The notes below the pieces were generated by a model. That model did no database searches. It was not told the DNA's origin and saw nothing but the letters and a program-made list of their open reading frames with translations. This document shows, piece after piece, positions 1 through 8,487 of a DNA stretch of 32,000 nucleotides. The stretch's first letter is position 1, and each line of letters begins with the position of its first letter. This DNA is from an uncultured Lacihabitans sp. (GTDB taxonomy: Bacteria > Bacteroidota > Bacteroidia > Cytophagales > Spirosomataceae): NCBI GenBank assembly GCA_964563435.1, contig CAZLXI010000001.1:60180-92179 (forward strand), in the 5' to 3' direction. The position numbers were made by a program, and so were the translations under genes.

Positions 1-804
1 AGACCCGTAGCCATTTTCTCACTGGAGATGTCTTCCACCCAGCTGATGCTCCGGATGATATCTGCTGAGGCCGAGCTCGACAGTGAAAAGCTCAGGAAAG
101 GCACCCTGCAGCAGCATGAATGGGAGCAGCTGCACCACCGGATCACGAAGCTCTCATCTTCCAACATCTTTATTGACGACACACCGGCGCTAAGCATTCT
201 GGAGCTCCGGGCCAAATGCCGCCGTCTGAAAGCGCAGCACGATATCCAGATGGTGATCATCGATTACCTACAGCTTATGACCGGCGATGCGGGCTCGGGG
301 GTATCAAACAGCCGTGAACAGGAGATCGCCACCATTTCCCGGTCACTGAAAAACCTGGCCAAAGAGCTGGAAGTGCCGGTCATTGCGCTGTCGCAGCTTA
401 GCCGGGCCGTGGAGACCAGGGGCGGGAATAAGCGTCCGCAACTGTCCGACCTGCGGGAATCAGGCTCTATCGAGCAGGATGCCGACATGGTTATGTTTCT
501 CTACCGCCCGGAGTATTACAAGATCATGGAAGACGAAAACGGAAACTCAACGGAGGGTGTCGGAGAAGTGATCATTGCAAAAAACCGTGCAGGTATCACA
601 GAAACCGTACAATTGCGGTTTGTAGGAAAATATACCAAGTTTGCCAATCTCGGCGAATACAATAATGCGATAGGGTCTTCTGCCTTCAGCCAGATCTCGG
701 GCCTGGATCACTTCGAATCGCAGGCCCCTAACCCCGGGCTAAGCACATTTAAGAGTAAAATCAATCCGCCGGATAAAGAGGATGAGAAGGACTTCCCTTT
801 CTAG
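1..804 (+). CDS. dnaB: Replicative DNA helicase DnaB, C-terminal part (5' end lies upstream of the window)
   Basis: Frame +1 is open from base 1 (RPVAIFSLEMSSTQL...), so the listed ATG at 28 is internal. DnaB RecA-like motifs are present: VIIDYLQLM, SREQEIATISRSLKNLAKELEVPVIALSQLSR, LSDLRESGSIEQDADMVMFLYRPEYY. Stop at 802-804. Confidence 0.9.
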   Translation, partial: RPVAIFSLEMSSTQLMLRMISAEAELDSEKLRKGTLQQHEWEQLHHRITKLSSSNIFIDDTPALSILELRAKCRRLKAQHDIQMVIIDYLQLMTGDAGSGVSNSREQEIATISRSLKNLAKELEVPVIALSQLSRAVETRGGNKRPQLSDLRESGSIEQDADMVMFLYRPEYYKIMEDENGNSTEGVGEVIIAKNRAGITETVQLRFVGKYTKFANLGEYNNAIGSSAFSQISGLDHFESQAPNPGLSTFKSKINPPDKEDEKDFPF

Positions 805-844
805 GAGGTGTGTATTTTGTAGGGATAAAAGCGGCTTCGCCTTC

Positions 845-937
845 TTTTTTTGAACCATATAAGGCATATAAGTCATATGAGTTTTACATATAAGTTTTTT
901 CTTATATGGCTTATATGCCTTATATGGTTCAAAAAAA
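845..937. repeat. 93-bp near-perfect palindrome (34-nt arms, 25-nt spacer) between convergent dnaB and the oxidoreductase gene; possible non-canonical bidirectional terminator
   Basis: Bases 845-878 (tttttttgaaccatataaggcatataagtcatat) match the reverse complement of 904-937 at 33/34 positions by manual alignment. The arms are tandem 9-nt units: CCATATAAG/GCATATAAG/TCATATGAG forward, CTTATATGG/CTTATATGC/CTTATATGG reverse. The T7 and A7 tracts sit inside the stem rather than trailing it. Confidence 0.6.
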
Positions 938-956
938 CGGCGGAGCCGTAAATTCT

Positions 957-1976
957 TCACAGATAACGCCCGGCGGTTTTGACCGCATCGAGGATACGAA
1001 TCTGTTCGATGATCTGCCAGGGCCGGACCTCCAGTTCTTTTCCTGAACGGATGGCATCGGCGAGGTTATCAAAGAGAAAGGCCCAGTTTCCGGGCAGGGT
1101 TTCTACTTTTCCTTCTATTTCCAGTCCGTTTACGGAAGTCCGGATCCGGCCGTTGAAGGAGGCCGGCTCCAGTCCGAATCCGGGCTGAACAGGAAACTGC
1201 CCGCTTACGAGGTGTTCTTCCTGCACGTCCATTCCATATTTTGTATAAGAGCCCAATGTACCGTGAACAATATATTTGGGGCCCTGATCTTTTACCAGCA
1301 GGCTGGATCTCAGGTTGACCTTTACCCGGCCAAAATCGATATTAAGCTGAAAAGCATCGTCAATTTCCGAGTTGGCCCGCTGGGTGTACACTTCCCCGTA
1401 GAAAGAATCCGGCTTTCCAAACAGGGAAACCGCCTGATCAACAAGATGCGCTCCCAGATCGTACAGGATACCCGTGGTAGCGTCGGGCGCCTCTTTCCAG
1501 GCCTTGGCATTCAGAACAGGCTTATATCGATCGAAATGGGCCTCATACGACAAAATTTCTCCCAAAATTCCCGATTCTACTACCTTCTTTACCGTCTGAA
1601 AGTCGCTGTCATACCGCCGGTTCTGGAACACACAGAGTATTCTATTGCGTTTTTCGGCCAATTCAAAGAGCGCTGCGGCTTCATCGGCCTTAGCCGTCAC
1701 CGGCTTTTCTACCAAAACATGCTTTCCGGCCTCCAGGGCTCTTTTGGCATATTCAAAATGAGTAGAGCTGGGCGAACACACCGAGATCAGATCAATGGAT
1801 TTATCCGCAAGCAATTCGTCAATAGAACCTCCCCTCTCCGTATCCACAAAAATATGCGCCGGCAGTTCCTGTGAGGTTACGATTTTCACCAGGTTGAATT
1901 TGGGATTGGTCAAAAAGAAAGGTGCCTGAAGATACCTTCCGGATAAGCCGAAACCTACAATTCCTACATTGATCAT
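957..1976 (-). CDS. Gfo/Idh/MocA family NAD(P)-dependent oxidoreductase
   Basis: 339-aa ORF with ATG start. N-terminal Rossmann motif (INVGIVGFGLSG), the family EKP motif (HVLVEKPV) and a C-terminal alpha/beta domain typical of the family. Confidence 0.85.
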   Translation of the reverse strand: MINVGIVGFGLSGRYLQAPFFLTNPKFNLVKIVTSQELPAHIFVDTERGGSIDELLADKSIDLISVCSPSSTHFEYAKRALEAGKHVLVEKPVTAKADEAAALFELAEKRNRILCVFQNRRYDSDFQTVKKVVESGILGEILSYEAHFDRYKPVLNAKAWKEAPDATTGILYDLGAHLVDQAVSLFGKPDSFYGEVYTQRANSEIDDAFQLNIDFGRVKVNLRSSLLVKDQGPKYIVHGTLGSYTKYGMDVQEEHLVSGQFPVQPGFGLEPASFNGRIRTSVNGLEIEGKVETLPGNWAFLFDNLADAIRSGKELEVRPWQIIEQIRILDAVKTAGRYL

Positions 1977-2049
1977 AACATTTGTATAATTATATAAACA
2001 CCAAATCGAATCGCTATTCCACTAAATATTCAACAAAATACGAAGCATT

Positions 2050-3246
2050 TTATTTAAAAGCCGGGATACCGGTAATTTCCTGCCCCAGGATCAGCAGGTG
2101 AATATCGTGGGTTCCTTCATAGGTGATGACCGACTCAAGATTGGTCATGTGCCGCATGATAGGATACTCTCCTGTGATACCGTTCCCTCCCAGAATCTGC
2201 CGCGCCTCACGGGCGATATTCAGCGCCATAGCCACGTTGTTTCGCTTGGCCATCGAGATCTGAGCGGAAGTGGCTTTCCCTTCGTTTTTATTCTTCCCCA
2301 ACTTCCAGGTGAGTAATTGCGCCTTGGTGATCTCCGTCAGAAACTCTGCCAGTTTTTTCTGAACGAGCTGAAAAGAAGCGATGGGCTTTTCAAACTGTAT
2401 CCTTTCCAGTGCATATTTCCGGGCTGTGTCATAGCAGTCCATGGCCGCCCCTACGGCTCCCCAGGAAATCCCGTACCGGGCGTTGTCGAGGCATCGTAAC
2501 GGAGCGCGCAGCCCGTCAGCTCCGGGAAGCAGGCAGGTTTTAGGAACTTTTACGTTATCAAACACCAGTTCACCGGTGGCACTGGCTCTCAGCGACCATT
2601 TGTTCTTAATCTCGGGGGTGCTGAATCCCTCCATACCCCTTTCCACGATCAGTCCTTTGATCCTCCCGGCTTCATTTTTAGCCCAGACCACCGCCATATC
2701 GCAGAAAGGAGCGTTAGAGATCCACGTCTTGGAACCGTTCAGGATGAGATGATCCCCCTCTTCACGGAAGTGGCAACGCAAGCCGCCAGGGTTGGAACCG
2801 AAGTCCGGTTCGGTAAGGCCGAAACTGCCCAACAGCTCTCCGCCGGCCAGACGGGGCAGGTATTTCCGGCGTTGCTCTTCCGAACCGTACTCAAAAACAG
2901 GGAACATGACCAGCGAGCCCTGGACCGAAGCCGTGGAGCGGATTCCCGAATCTACCCGTTCCAACTCCTGCATCATCAGGCCATAAGTGATGTAATCGGC
3001 CCCCATTCCACCATAAGATTCCGGGATAACTGGACCGAATAATCCCATTTCTCCTATTTTCTTTACCAGATGATAGGGAAATTTGGCCTGTTGAGCGGCA
3101 TCTTCAATGATGGGCGAAATCTCTTTTTTGCAAAACTCGCGTACGGAAGCCCGCACGAGGAGTTGTTCTTCGGACAGGAGATCGTCTACCCCGAAAAAAT
3201 CAGGGGCCGTGAAATGATCGATTTTCTGTGAGCGCGTGAAGTCCAT
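2050..3246 (-). CDS. Acyl-CoA dehydrogenase, glutaryl-CoA dehydrogenase-like
   Basis: 398-aa ORF. Strings typical of the glutaryl-CoA DH subgroup: ELERVDSGIRSTASVQGSLVM, FGLTEPDFGSNPGG, WISNAPFCDMAVVWAK, SLRASATGEL, NLESVITYEGTHDIHLLILG. Starts 9 nt after the stop of the upstream decarboxylase gene. Confidence 0.85.
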   Translation of the reverse strand: MDFTRSQKIDHFTAPDFFGVDDLLSEEQLLVRASVREFCKKEISPIIEDAAQQAKFPYHLVKKIGEMGLFGPVIPESYGGMGADYITYGLMMQELERVDSGIRSTASVQGSLVMFPVFEYGSEEQRRKYLPRLAGGELLGSFGLTEPDFGSNPGGLRCHFREEGDHLILNGSKTWISNAPFCDMAVVWAKNEAGRIKGLIVERGMEGFSTPEIKNKWSLRASATGELVFDNVKVPKTCLLPGADGLRAPLRCLDNARYGISWGAVGAAMDCYDTARKYALERIQFEKPIASFQLVQKKLAEFLTEITKAQLLTWKLGKNKNEGKATSAQISMAKRNNVAMALNIAREARQILGGNGITGEYPIMRHMTNLESVITYEGTHDIHLLILGQEITGIPAFK

Positions 3247-3255
3247 AACAAGACA

Positions 3256-4464
3256 CTAAAATGTGATCAGGATCTGATTTTTCAGGATATCCTCCAATGT
3301 TTCCCTTTTGCGGATAAGTTGCTCTTTCCCCCGGTAGACCAGCACTTCTGCCGGACGGAACCGACTGTTGTAATTGGAGGCCATGGTAAAGCCATAAGCC
3401 CCTGCATTCCGGATCGCCAGCATATCTCCTTCCGCCGTATCGGGTAATTCCCTGTCTTTAGCAATATCGTCAGTTTCGCACATATATCCAACCACATTGT
3501 ATTTTTTTTCTGCTGGAAAGCCCGCTTTTGAAATATTGACTACATCGTGATAAGCATCGTACATCATAGGGCGGATCAGGTGGTTGAGGCCGGTATTCAG
3601 GCCCAGCAGGGTGCCGTTAGGGTTATTTTTCACCACGTTGACCTGTGCCAGCAGGAAGCCCGATTCACTGACCAGAAATTTACCCGGCTCGAACCAGAGC
3701 TCCATCTCCCTGCCATACCCCCTGCAGAAGTCCTGAAACCTCCCCGACAGCTTTTCTCCCAGGTCTTTCATGTCGGTTACATCGTCTCCTTCCCGGTAAG
3801 CCACTTTAAAACCCCCGCCAAAATCGAGGAACTGCAGGTTGCCAAAGCTCATGGCCAGCTCAAACATGACCTCTGCGGCCTGAATGAAGGTATGAGCATC
3901 TTTTATATCCGACCCGGTATGCTGGTGCAGCCCCACGATATTCAGATCGTACCGATTGACCAGTCCGAGAATCTCTGCTTTCTGCTCTACAGGGATCCCG
4001 AATTTCGAATTGCCATGGCCCGTGGAGATCTTCAGGTTACCACCACCTTCCACATTGGGGCGGATCCGGATGAAAAGCGGTTGGGTGTTGCCGTATTTCT
4101 GACCGAATTTCTCCAGCGCCGAAAGACTATCCACGTTTACCAGTACGCCGTGGCTCACGCATTCCTCGATCTCTTCAAATCCCACTCCGCTGGAAGTAAA
4201 CGTGATCTGATCCGGTGTAAATCCGGCTTTTAATGCGAGATGCATTTCCTGAGGGGAGACGACATCGACTTCTACTCCCAGTGTTCTCATCAGGGAGAGA
4301 ACGGAAATGTTGGTATTGGCCTTGCAGGCATATTTTATCTTCATGCGAACCTCCGGAAAAGCTTCGCGGAGCGTATTGATCTTTTCTTCAATTTTATCCC
4401 CGTCATATACGTATAGCGGGGTTCCGAAAGTACCGGCCAGGTTCAGCAGAGTCGTATTATCCAT
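3256..4464 (-). CDS. lysA: PLP-dependent group IV decarboxylase, diaminopimelate decarboxylase-like
   Basis: 402-aa ORF. Has TPLYVYD, the PLP-lysine motif YACKAN, HQHTGS, FGGGF, EPGKFLV and CETDD, which is the Orn/DAP/Arg decarboxylase family 2 layout. Substrate cannot be fixed from sequence alone. Confidence 0.75.
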   Translation of the reverse strand: MDNTTLLNLAGTFGTPLYVYDGDKIEEKINTLREAFPEVRMKIKYACKANTNISVLSLMRTLGVEVDVVSPQEMHLALKAGFTPDQITFTSSGVGFEEIEECVSHGVLVNVDSLSALEKFGQKYGNTQPLFIRIRPNVEGGGNLKISTGHGNSKFGIPVEQKAEILGLVNRYDLNIVGLHQHTGSDIKDAHTFIQAAEVMFELAMSFGNLQFLDFGGGFKVAYREGDDVTDMKDLGEKLSGRFQDFCRGYGREMELWFEPGKFLVSESGFLLAQVNVVKNNPNGTLLGLNTGLNHLIRPMMYDAYHDVVNISKAGFPAEKKYNVVGYMCETDDIAKDRELPDTAEGDMLAIRNAGAYGFTMASNYNSRFRPAEVLVYRGKEQLIRKRETLEDILKNQILITF

Positions 4465-4486
4465 TTGAAAAGTGCTTGATGCGATG

Positions 4487-4494
4487 CAAAATTA
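4487..4494 (-). promoter_or_regulatory. Candidate Bacteroidota -7 box (TAatTTTG) for the lysA-like gene
   Basis: The reverse complement of 4487-4494 is TAATTTTG, about 23 nt upstream of the ATG at 4464. No clear -33 TTG was found. Confidence 0.3.
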
Positions 4495-4762
4495 CATGAA
4501 AACTAAAGGAAGCGTAATTCAGGGTGAAATATAATTGCAAAAGCCTTATAAATTAAATGTTTTGGAAATTATACATATATTTAATTACTTCGTATTTTTA
4601 CCCAATTAAATATATTTACAGAATAATACCAGCCTCTACCCTACCCTTCTGATAAACTTCCCCTACAGGGCCCGATAATAAAAATTTAATTCCTGTAAGG
4701 CGCGTGAATATTTGCCTTTTTGAAAAGCAAAAGCCAAATTGCGATTATGAAAACAACACACC

Positions 4763-6205
4763 ATGAACGAATCCATTTTTGTTAACTCGGAAGTTTCCAC
4801 CCTGGAAAGGCTCATCATTCACAGTCCGGACAGCGGATTGGGGAAGGTGGTTCCTTCCAAAGCGCAGGACTGGCTGTTTGAAGATATTATCCACCTGGAA
4901 ACCATGCGAAAAAAGGAGTATGACCTCTATGTAAAGCTCCTGCTGCATTTCCTGGATCCGGAGGCCATCCGGGATTACGACAGCTCTGCCGACAGTGAAA
5001 GACAGTTTTTTAAGCCCAATTCGCCGGATTATTATCGTTCGGATAAGGTGATCGATATCGAACGCCTCCTTTTTGAAGTACTGGAAAACCCGGACGTAAG
5101 AGTTCCGCTGGTAGCGGCTATTTCGGCCATCGAGGAGTGCTCCTACCTCGAAATGAGACACTTCCTGAAATACTCTAACCGGGAGTTGTCTAAAATTCTG
5201 ATCACAGGTATGACGGATGAGGGCGAAATGTTTTTCCCGCCGGTGCCTAACCTTATCTTTACCAGAGACCTGGGGGTGGTGGTCAATGACCACATCATTC
5301 TGACCAAGCCAGCCAAGTCGGCCCGCACCCGGGAATCGCTGATCGCTAAATATATCTTCTTTAACCACCCTCTTTTTGAGAGCTATACGGGTAAAATCAT
5401 CGAGATAGAGGAGGATGAGGAACATTTCCTGCTACCGGAAGACAAAACCCGGCGGGTGGATACCCTGGAGGGTGGGGATGTGATGATGGTGGCACCCAAT
5501 CACCTCTTGATCGGAATTTCCGAACGAACCACTCTCGACGCCGCACGGCAAACCATGAACAAGCTTTTTGAAAAAGAGGTGGTAGAAAAGGTCTCTATCG
5601 TAAAGATCCCCAGTAAGCGTGATTATATGCATATCGACACGGTATTTACCCAGATCAAAAAAGATGTTTGGGTGCTGCTGCGGTCTATGGTTCAGAAAAC
5701 CTTTGACCAACCCAATCACAAGGCATGGGAAGCCCTGGGCCCCGGAGATATTGCGGAAAAAGTCATTATCAAGACCTTTATCAAAAAACCTGACGGAGTG
5801 GAAGTTCAGGATATCGATAACCTGGAAGACCTGCTGACCGCTATATCGGAAAAAGACCTCGGATGTACTACTCCTGTCCGGTTTGTATATTCGGGGAATG
5901 ATGAATTTCCGTTTGGTGAACGGGAACAGTGGACCGACTCCTGTAACCTGCTGGTTCTCCAGGAGGGAGTGGGTATAGCGTATGACCGGAACGATAAAAC
6001 GGATGAGGCCTTTAGAGAGCATGGGTTTACACTGATCCATGCCAGTGAGCTTCTTGCCAAACTCGAGACCGGACAGATCAAAACAGGAGATTTAAAGGAT
6101 ACCATCATCCTGCTTCCTTCAGCGGAGCTTTCGCGTGCGCGAGGGGGCTCCCATTGTATGAGTTTACCCTTGAAAAGAAGGGATATTCTCGAAAAAAATA
6201 CTTAA
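4763..6205 (+). CDS. Arginine deiminase family protein (guanidino-group modifying enzyme), unusually long
   Basis: 480-aa ORF. ADI-like N-terminus (SEVSTLERLIIHSPDSGL...LFEDIIHLETMRKKEYDLY) and a C-terminal catalytic-Cys motif (RGGSHCMSLPL). Confidence 0.75.
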   Translation: MNESIFVNSEVSTLERLIIHSPDSGLGKVVPSKAQDWLFEDIIHLETMRKKEYDLYVKLLLHFLDPEAIRDYDSSADSERQFFKPNSPDYYRSDKVIDIERLLFEVLENPDVRVPLVAAISAIEECSYLEMRHFLKYSNRELSKILITGMTDEGEMFFPPVPNLIFTRDLGVVVNDHIILTKPAKSARTRESLIAKYIFFNHPLFESYTGKIIEIEEDEEHFLLPEDKTRRVDTLEGGDVMMVAPNHLLIGISERTTLDAARQTMNKLFEKEVVEKVSIVKIPSKRDYMHIDTVFTQIKKDVWVLLRSMVQKTFDQPNHKAWEALGPGDIAEKVIIKTFIKKPDGVEVQDIDNLEDLLTAISEKDLGCTTPVRFVYSGNDEFPFGEREQWTDSCNLLVLQEGVGIAYDRNDKTDEAFREHGFTLIHASELLAKLETGQIKTGDLKDTIILLPSAELSRARGGSHCMSLPLKRRDILEKNT

Positions 6206-6237
6206 TATTGAACAGAAAACCTTAAATATTTATACCA

Positions 6238-7161
6238 ATGCAGGAGCAAGTAACATCTAATTTATTGATGATTAGGCCGGTGAATTTTGCATTCAACCAG
6301 GAAACGGCATCCTCCAATACTTTTCAGAAGCAAAAAGATATAAACCAGGAAGCGCTGAACACTTCCGCTCAGGAATGTTTTGACGAGTTGGTGGCCCAGC
6401 TGCGTCTCCGTGATATTAATGTTCATGTTTTTGATGATACTGCCGAGCCGTATACACCTGACAGCATCTACCCCAATAACTGGCTCTCCACCCACCATTC
6501 CGGGAAAGTGATGATCTACCCGCTGGAGGCTCCAAACCGGCGAGCGGAAAGGAGACAGGACGTTCTGGAATTCCTGAAGAAGCACTACGATTTTCATGTT
6601 TTACTGGACCTCTCCCATTTTGAGATTGACGGAAAATATCTGGAGGGAACGGGCAGTATCGTGCTGGACCGAATCAACCGGATAGCCTATGCCTGCCTGT
6701 CATCAAGAACCCACCCCGAAGTGCTGAGAGCATGGCAAAAAGTAATTGACTATGATTTGGTTACTTTTGAGGCATTTGACAAGGATGGGGTGCCTGTGTA
6801 CCATACCAATGTGGTTATGTCAATGGGCGATACGTTCTGCGTAATCTGCCTGGAAGCCATCACTGATCCTGACCAGCGGCTGATGGTCAAGCAGAAGCTG
6901 GAAAGTTCGGGCAAAACAATCATGCAGATCACCATGGATCAGATGAGTGCATTTGCCGGAAATATGCTGCTTGTGAAGAACAAGAAAGGCAAGAATTTTC
7001 TGGTGATGTCTGACCGCGCCTATGAGTCACTTACCCGGGAGCAGATCGACACGATGGACTATTTTGCGGAAATACTTCACACCGATCTGGGTTATATTGA
7101 AACGATAGGTGGCGGTTCGGCGAGGTGCATGATCGCGGAAATTCATTTGCCGGAGAAATGA
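6238..7161 (+). CDS. Amidinotransferase-fold hydrolase, arginine deiminase-related / CtlX-like (citrulline utilization hydrolase family)
   Basis: 307-aa ORF starting 33 nt after the ADI-like gene. C-terminal GGGSARCMIAEIHLP catalytic-Cys motif. Size and N-terminus (LMIRPVNFAFN) fit the arginine-deiminase-related family. Confidence 0.7.
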   Translation: MQEQVTSNLLMIRPVNFAFNQETASSNTFQKQKDINQEALNTSAQECFDELVAQLRLRDINVHVFDDTAEPYTPDSIYPNNWLSTHHSGKVMIYPLEAPNRRAERRQDVLEFLKKHYDFHVLLDLSHFEIDGKYLEGTGSIVLDRINRIAYACLSSRTHPEVLRAWQKVIDYDLVTFEAFDKDGVPVYHTNVVMSMGDTFCVICLEAITDPDQRLMVKQKLESSGKTIMQITMDQMSAFAGNMLLVKNKKGKNFLVMSDRAYESLTREQIDTMDYFAEILHTDLGYIETIGGGSARCMIAEIHLPEK

Positions 7162-7167
7162 AAAGAA

Positions 7168-7276
7168 GTTAAAAGTGAAAAATTAAAAACTAAAAGTTAA
7201 GGTACATTTAATATGAAAGAATATTCCGCAACTTTTAACCGCAGCGGCGGACCGTTTTTAGTTTTTAACTTTTAAC
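7168..7276 (+). terminator. Composite AT-rich hairpin plus a short GC hairpin and T-runs downstream of the CtlX-like gene
   Basis: 7168-7176 (gttaaaagt) pairs with 7268-7276 (acttttaac). 7184-7195 (taaaaactaaaa) pairs with 7256-7267 (ttttagttttta). Inside is a 4-bp GC stem (ccgc agcg gcgg, about 7239-7250) followed by T-rich sequence. Confidence 0.4.
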
Positions 7277-7328
7277 GTATAATATCAACAGGGCATGGTA
7301 TTTCGAAGTAACCTCTAAATTTTCATCT

Positions 7329-8480
7329 ATGAACAGAAAAATCAGAATGGGTATGGTTGGCGGTGGCCAGGGGGCCTTTATAGGGGCGGTTCATCGCACA
7401 GCTGCTGCTATAGACGGAGAGATCGAATTGGTTTGTGGCGCTTTCAGCTCCACGCCCGAAAAGTCGAAAGCATCCGGTAGCGACCTGATGCTGCCGGTAG
7501 AACGCTGCTATGGTGATTACCGGGAAATGATCCGGAAGGAACTGCGCAGAAAGGACAAAATGGATGTGGTTTCTATTGTAACACCCAATCATATGCATTT
7601 CGGTCCGGCCAAAATGGCCCTTGAGAACGGGTTCCATGTGATCTGTGACAAACCGGCTACCTTTACCCTCGCAGAGGCCCGTAAGCTCAAAGATATCGTG
7701 GCGCAAACAGGGCTGACCTTTGCGTTAACCCACAATTATACGGGCTACCCCATGGTGAAACAGGCCCGTCACCTGGTCCGAAGCGGTGTATTGGGAGAAA
7801 TCCGTAAAGTGGTGGTGGAATATCCGCAAGGCTGGCTGGCATTCCTGGAAGAAAAACGGGGTTACAAACAGGCGGAGTGGCGTACAGACCCGAAACGTTC
7901 GGGAATTGCGGGAGCCGTGGGAGATATCGGCACACACGCCGAAAACCTGGCGGAATACATTACCGGACTGAAAATCACCGAGCTCTGTGCCGACGTCTCG
8001 ACCTTTGTCGAAGGCCGCCTGCTGGACGACGACGCCAGTGTTCTCCTGAAGTTTGACAGCGGCGCCAGGGGCATCCTTTATTGCAGTCAAATCGCCAACG
8101 GGGAGGAAAATGCTTTAAGGATCCGTGTTTACGGAGAATTTGGCGGCCTCGACTGGCGCCAGGAGGAACCGAATACACTGGCGCATAAGTCGCAAACGTT
8201 TCACCATATCTACCGGCCGAATGTGGGCGACCTCTCCCCTTTTGCCAAAGCCAATACCCGTTTACCTAACGGCCATCCGGAAGGATACCTGGAGGCCTTT
8301 GCCAACATCTACCGGAACTTTGCCCGCACGGTGCGAAAACGGATGAACGGTGAGGAACCCACGGAAATCGAGCTGGACTTCCCCGACATCGATGACGGAA
8401 TCCGTGGAATGCTCTTTGTGGAGAGCGTGATCGCTTCGGGTAAAAGCAAGGCAAAATGGGTGAAATTCAGAAAAATGTAG
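7329..8480 (+). CDS. Gfo/Idh/MocA family oxidoreductase
   Basis: 383-aa ORF. Has IRMGMVGGGQGAFIG (Rossmann), HVICDKP (EKP-type motif) and the C-terminal dimerisation domain. Confidence 0.85.
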   Translation: MNRKIRMGMVGGGQGAFIGAVHRTAAAIDGEIELVCGAFSSTPEKSKASGSDLMLPVERCYGDYREMIRKELRRKDKMDVVSIVTPNHMHFGPAKMALENGFHVICDKPATFTLAEARKLKDIVAQTGLTFALTHNYTGYPMVKQARHLVRSGVLGEIRKVVVEYPQGWLAFLEEKRGYKQAEWRTDPKRSGIAGAVGDIGTHAENLAEYITGLKITELCADVSTFVEGRLLDDDASVLLKFDSGARGILYCSQIANGEENALRIRVYGEFGGLDWRQEEPNTLAHKSQTFHHIYRPNVGDLSPFAKANTRLPNGHPEGYLEAFANIYRNFARTVRKRMNGEEPTEIELDFPDIDDGIRGMLFVESVIASGKSKAKWVKFRKM

Positions 8481-8487
8481 AAAATGT

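Noticed and set aside
4575-4615. Perfect 12-bp inverted repeat (ATATATTTAATT ... AATTAAATATAT, 17-nt spacer) in the lysA/ADI divergent control region. It is a possible operator, and loose ARG-box-like TGAAT/ATTCA fragments lie nearby.
   Set aside because: The arms contain only A and T and sit in a very AT-rich 298-bp spacer, so a chance match is plausible. I found no convincing match to a known operator consensus.
4745-6040. Two long antisense ORFs (226 and 202 aa) that cover almost the whole ADI-like gene. Similar long antisense ORFs lie opposite lysA (3547-4233), the oxidoreductase (1212-1874), recQ (24960-25469, 25740-26360), the symporter and the protease.
   Set aside because: Their translations are low-complexity and rich in R/L/F/V, with no recognisable motifs. 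The sense strands carry clear family signatures, so these are typical shadow ORFs from codon bias.
7213-7275. 20-codon small ORF (MKEYSATFNRSGGPFLVFNF) inside the 7168-7276 hairpin region.
   Set aside because: It is too short and lies within palindromic repeat sequence. There is no supporting signal, so it is most likely fortuitous.
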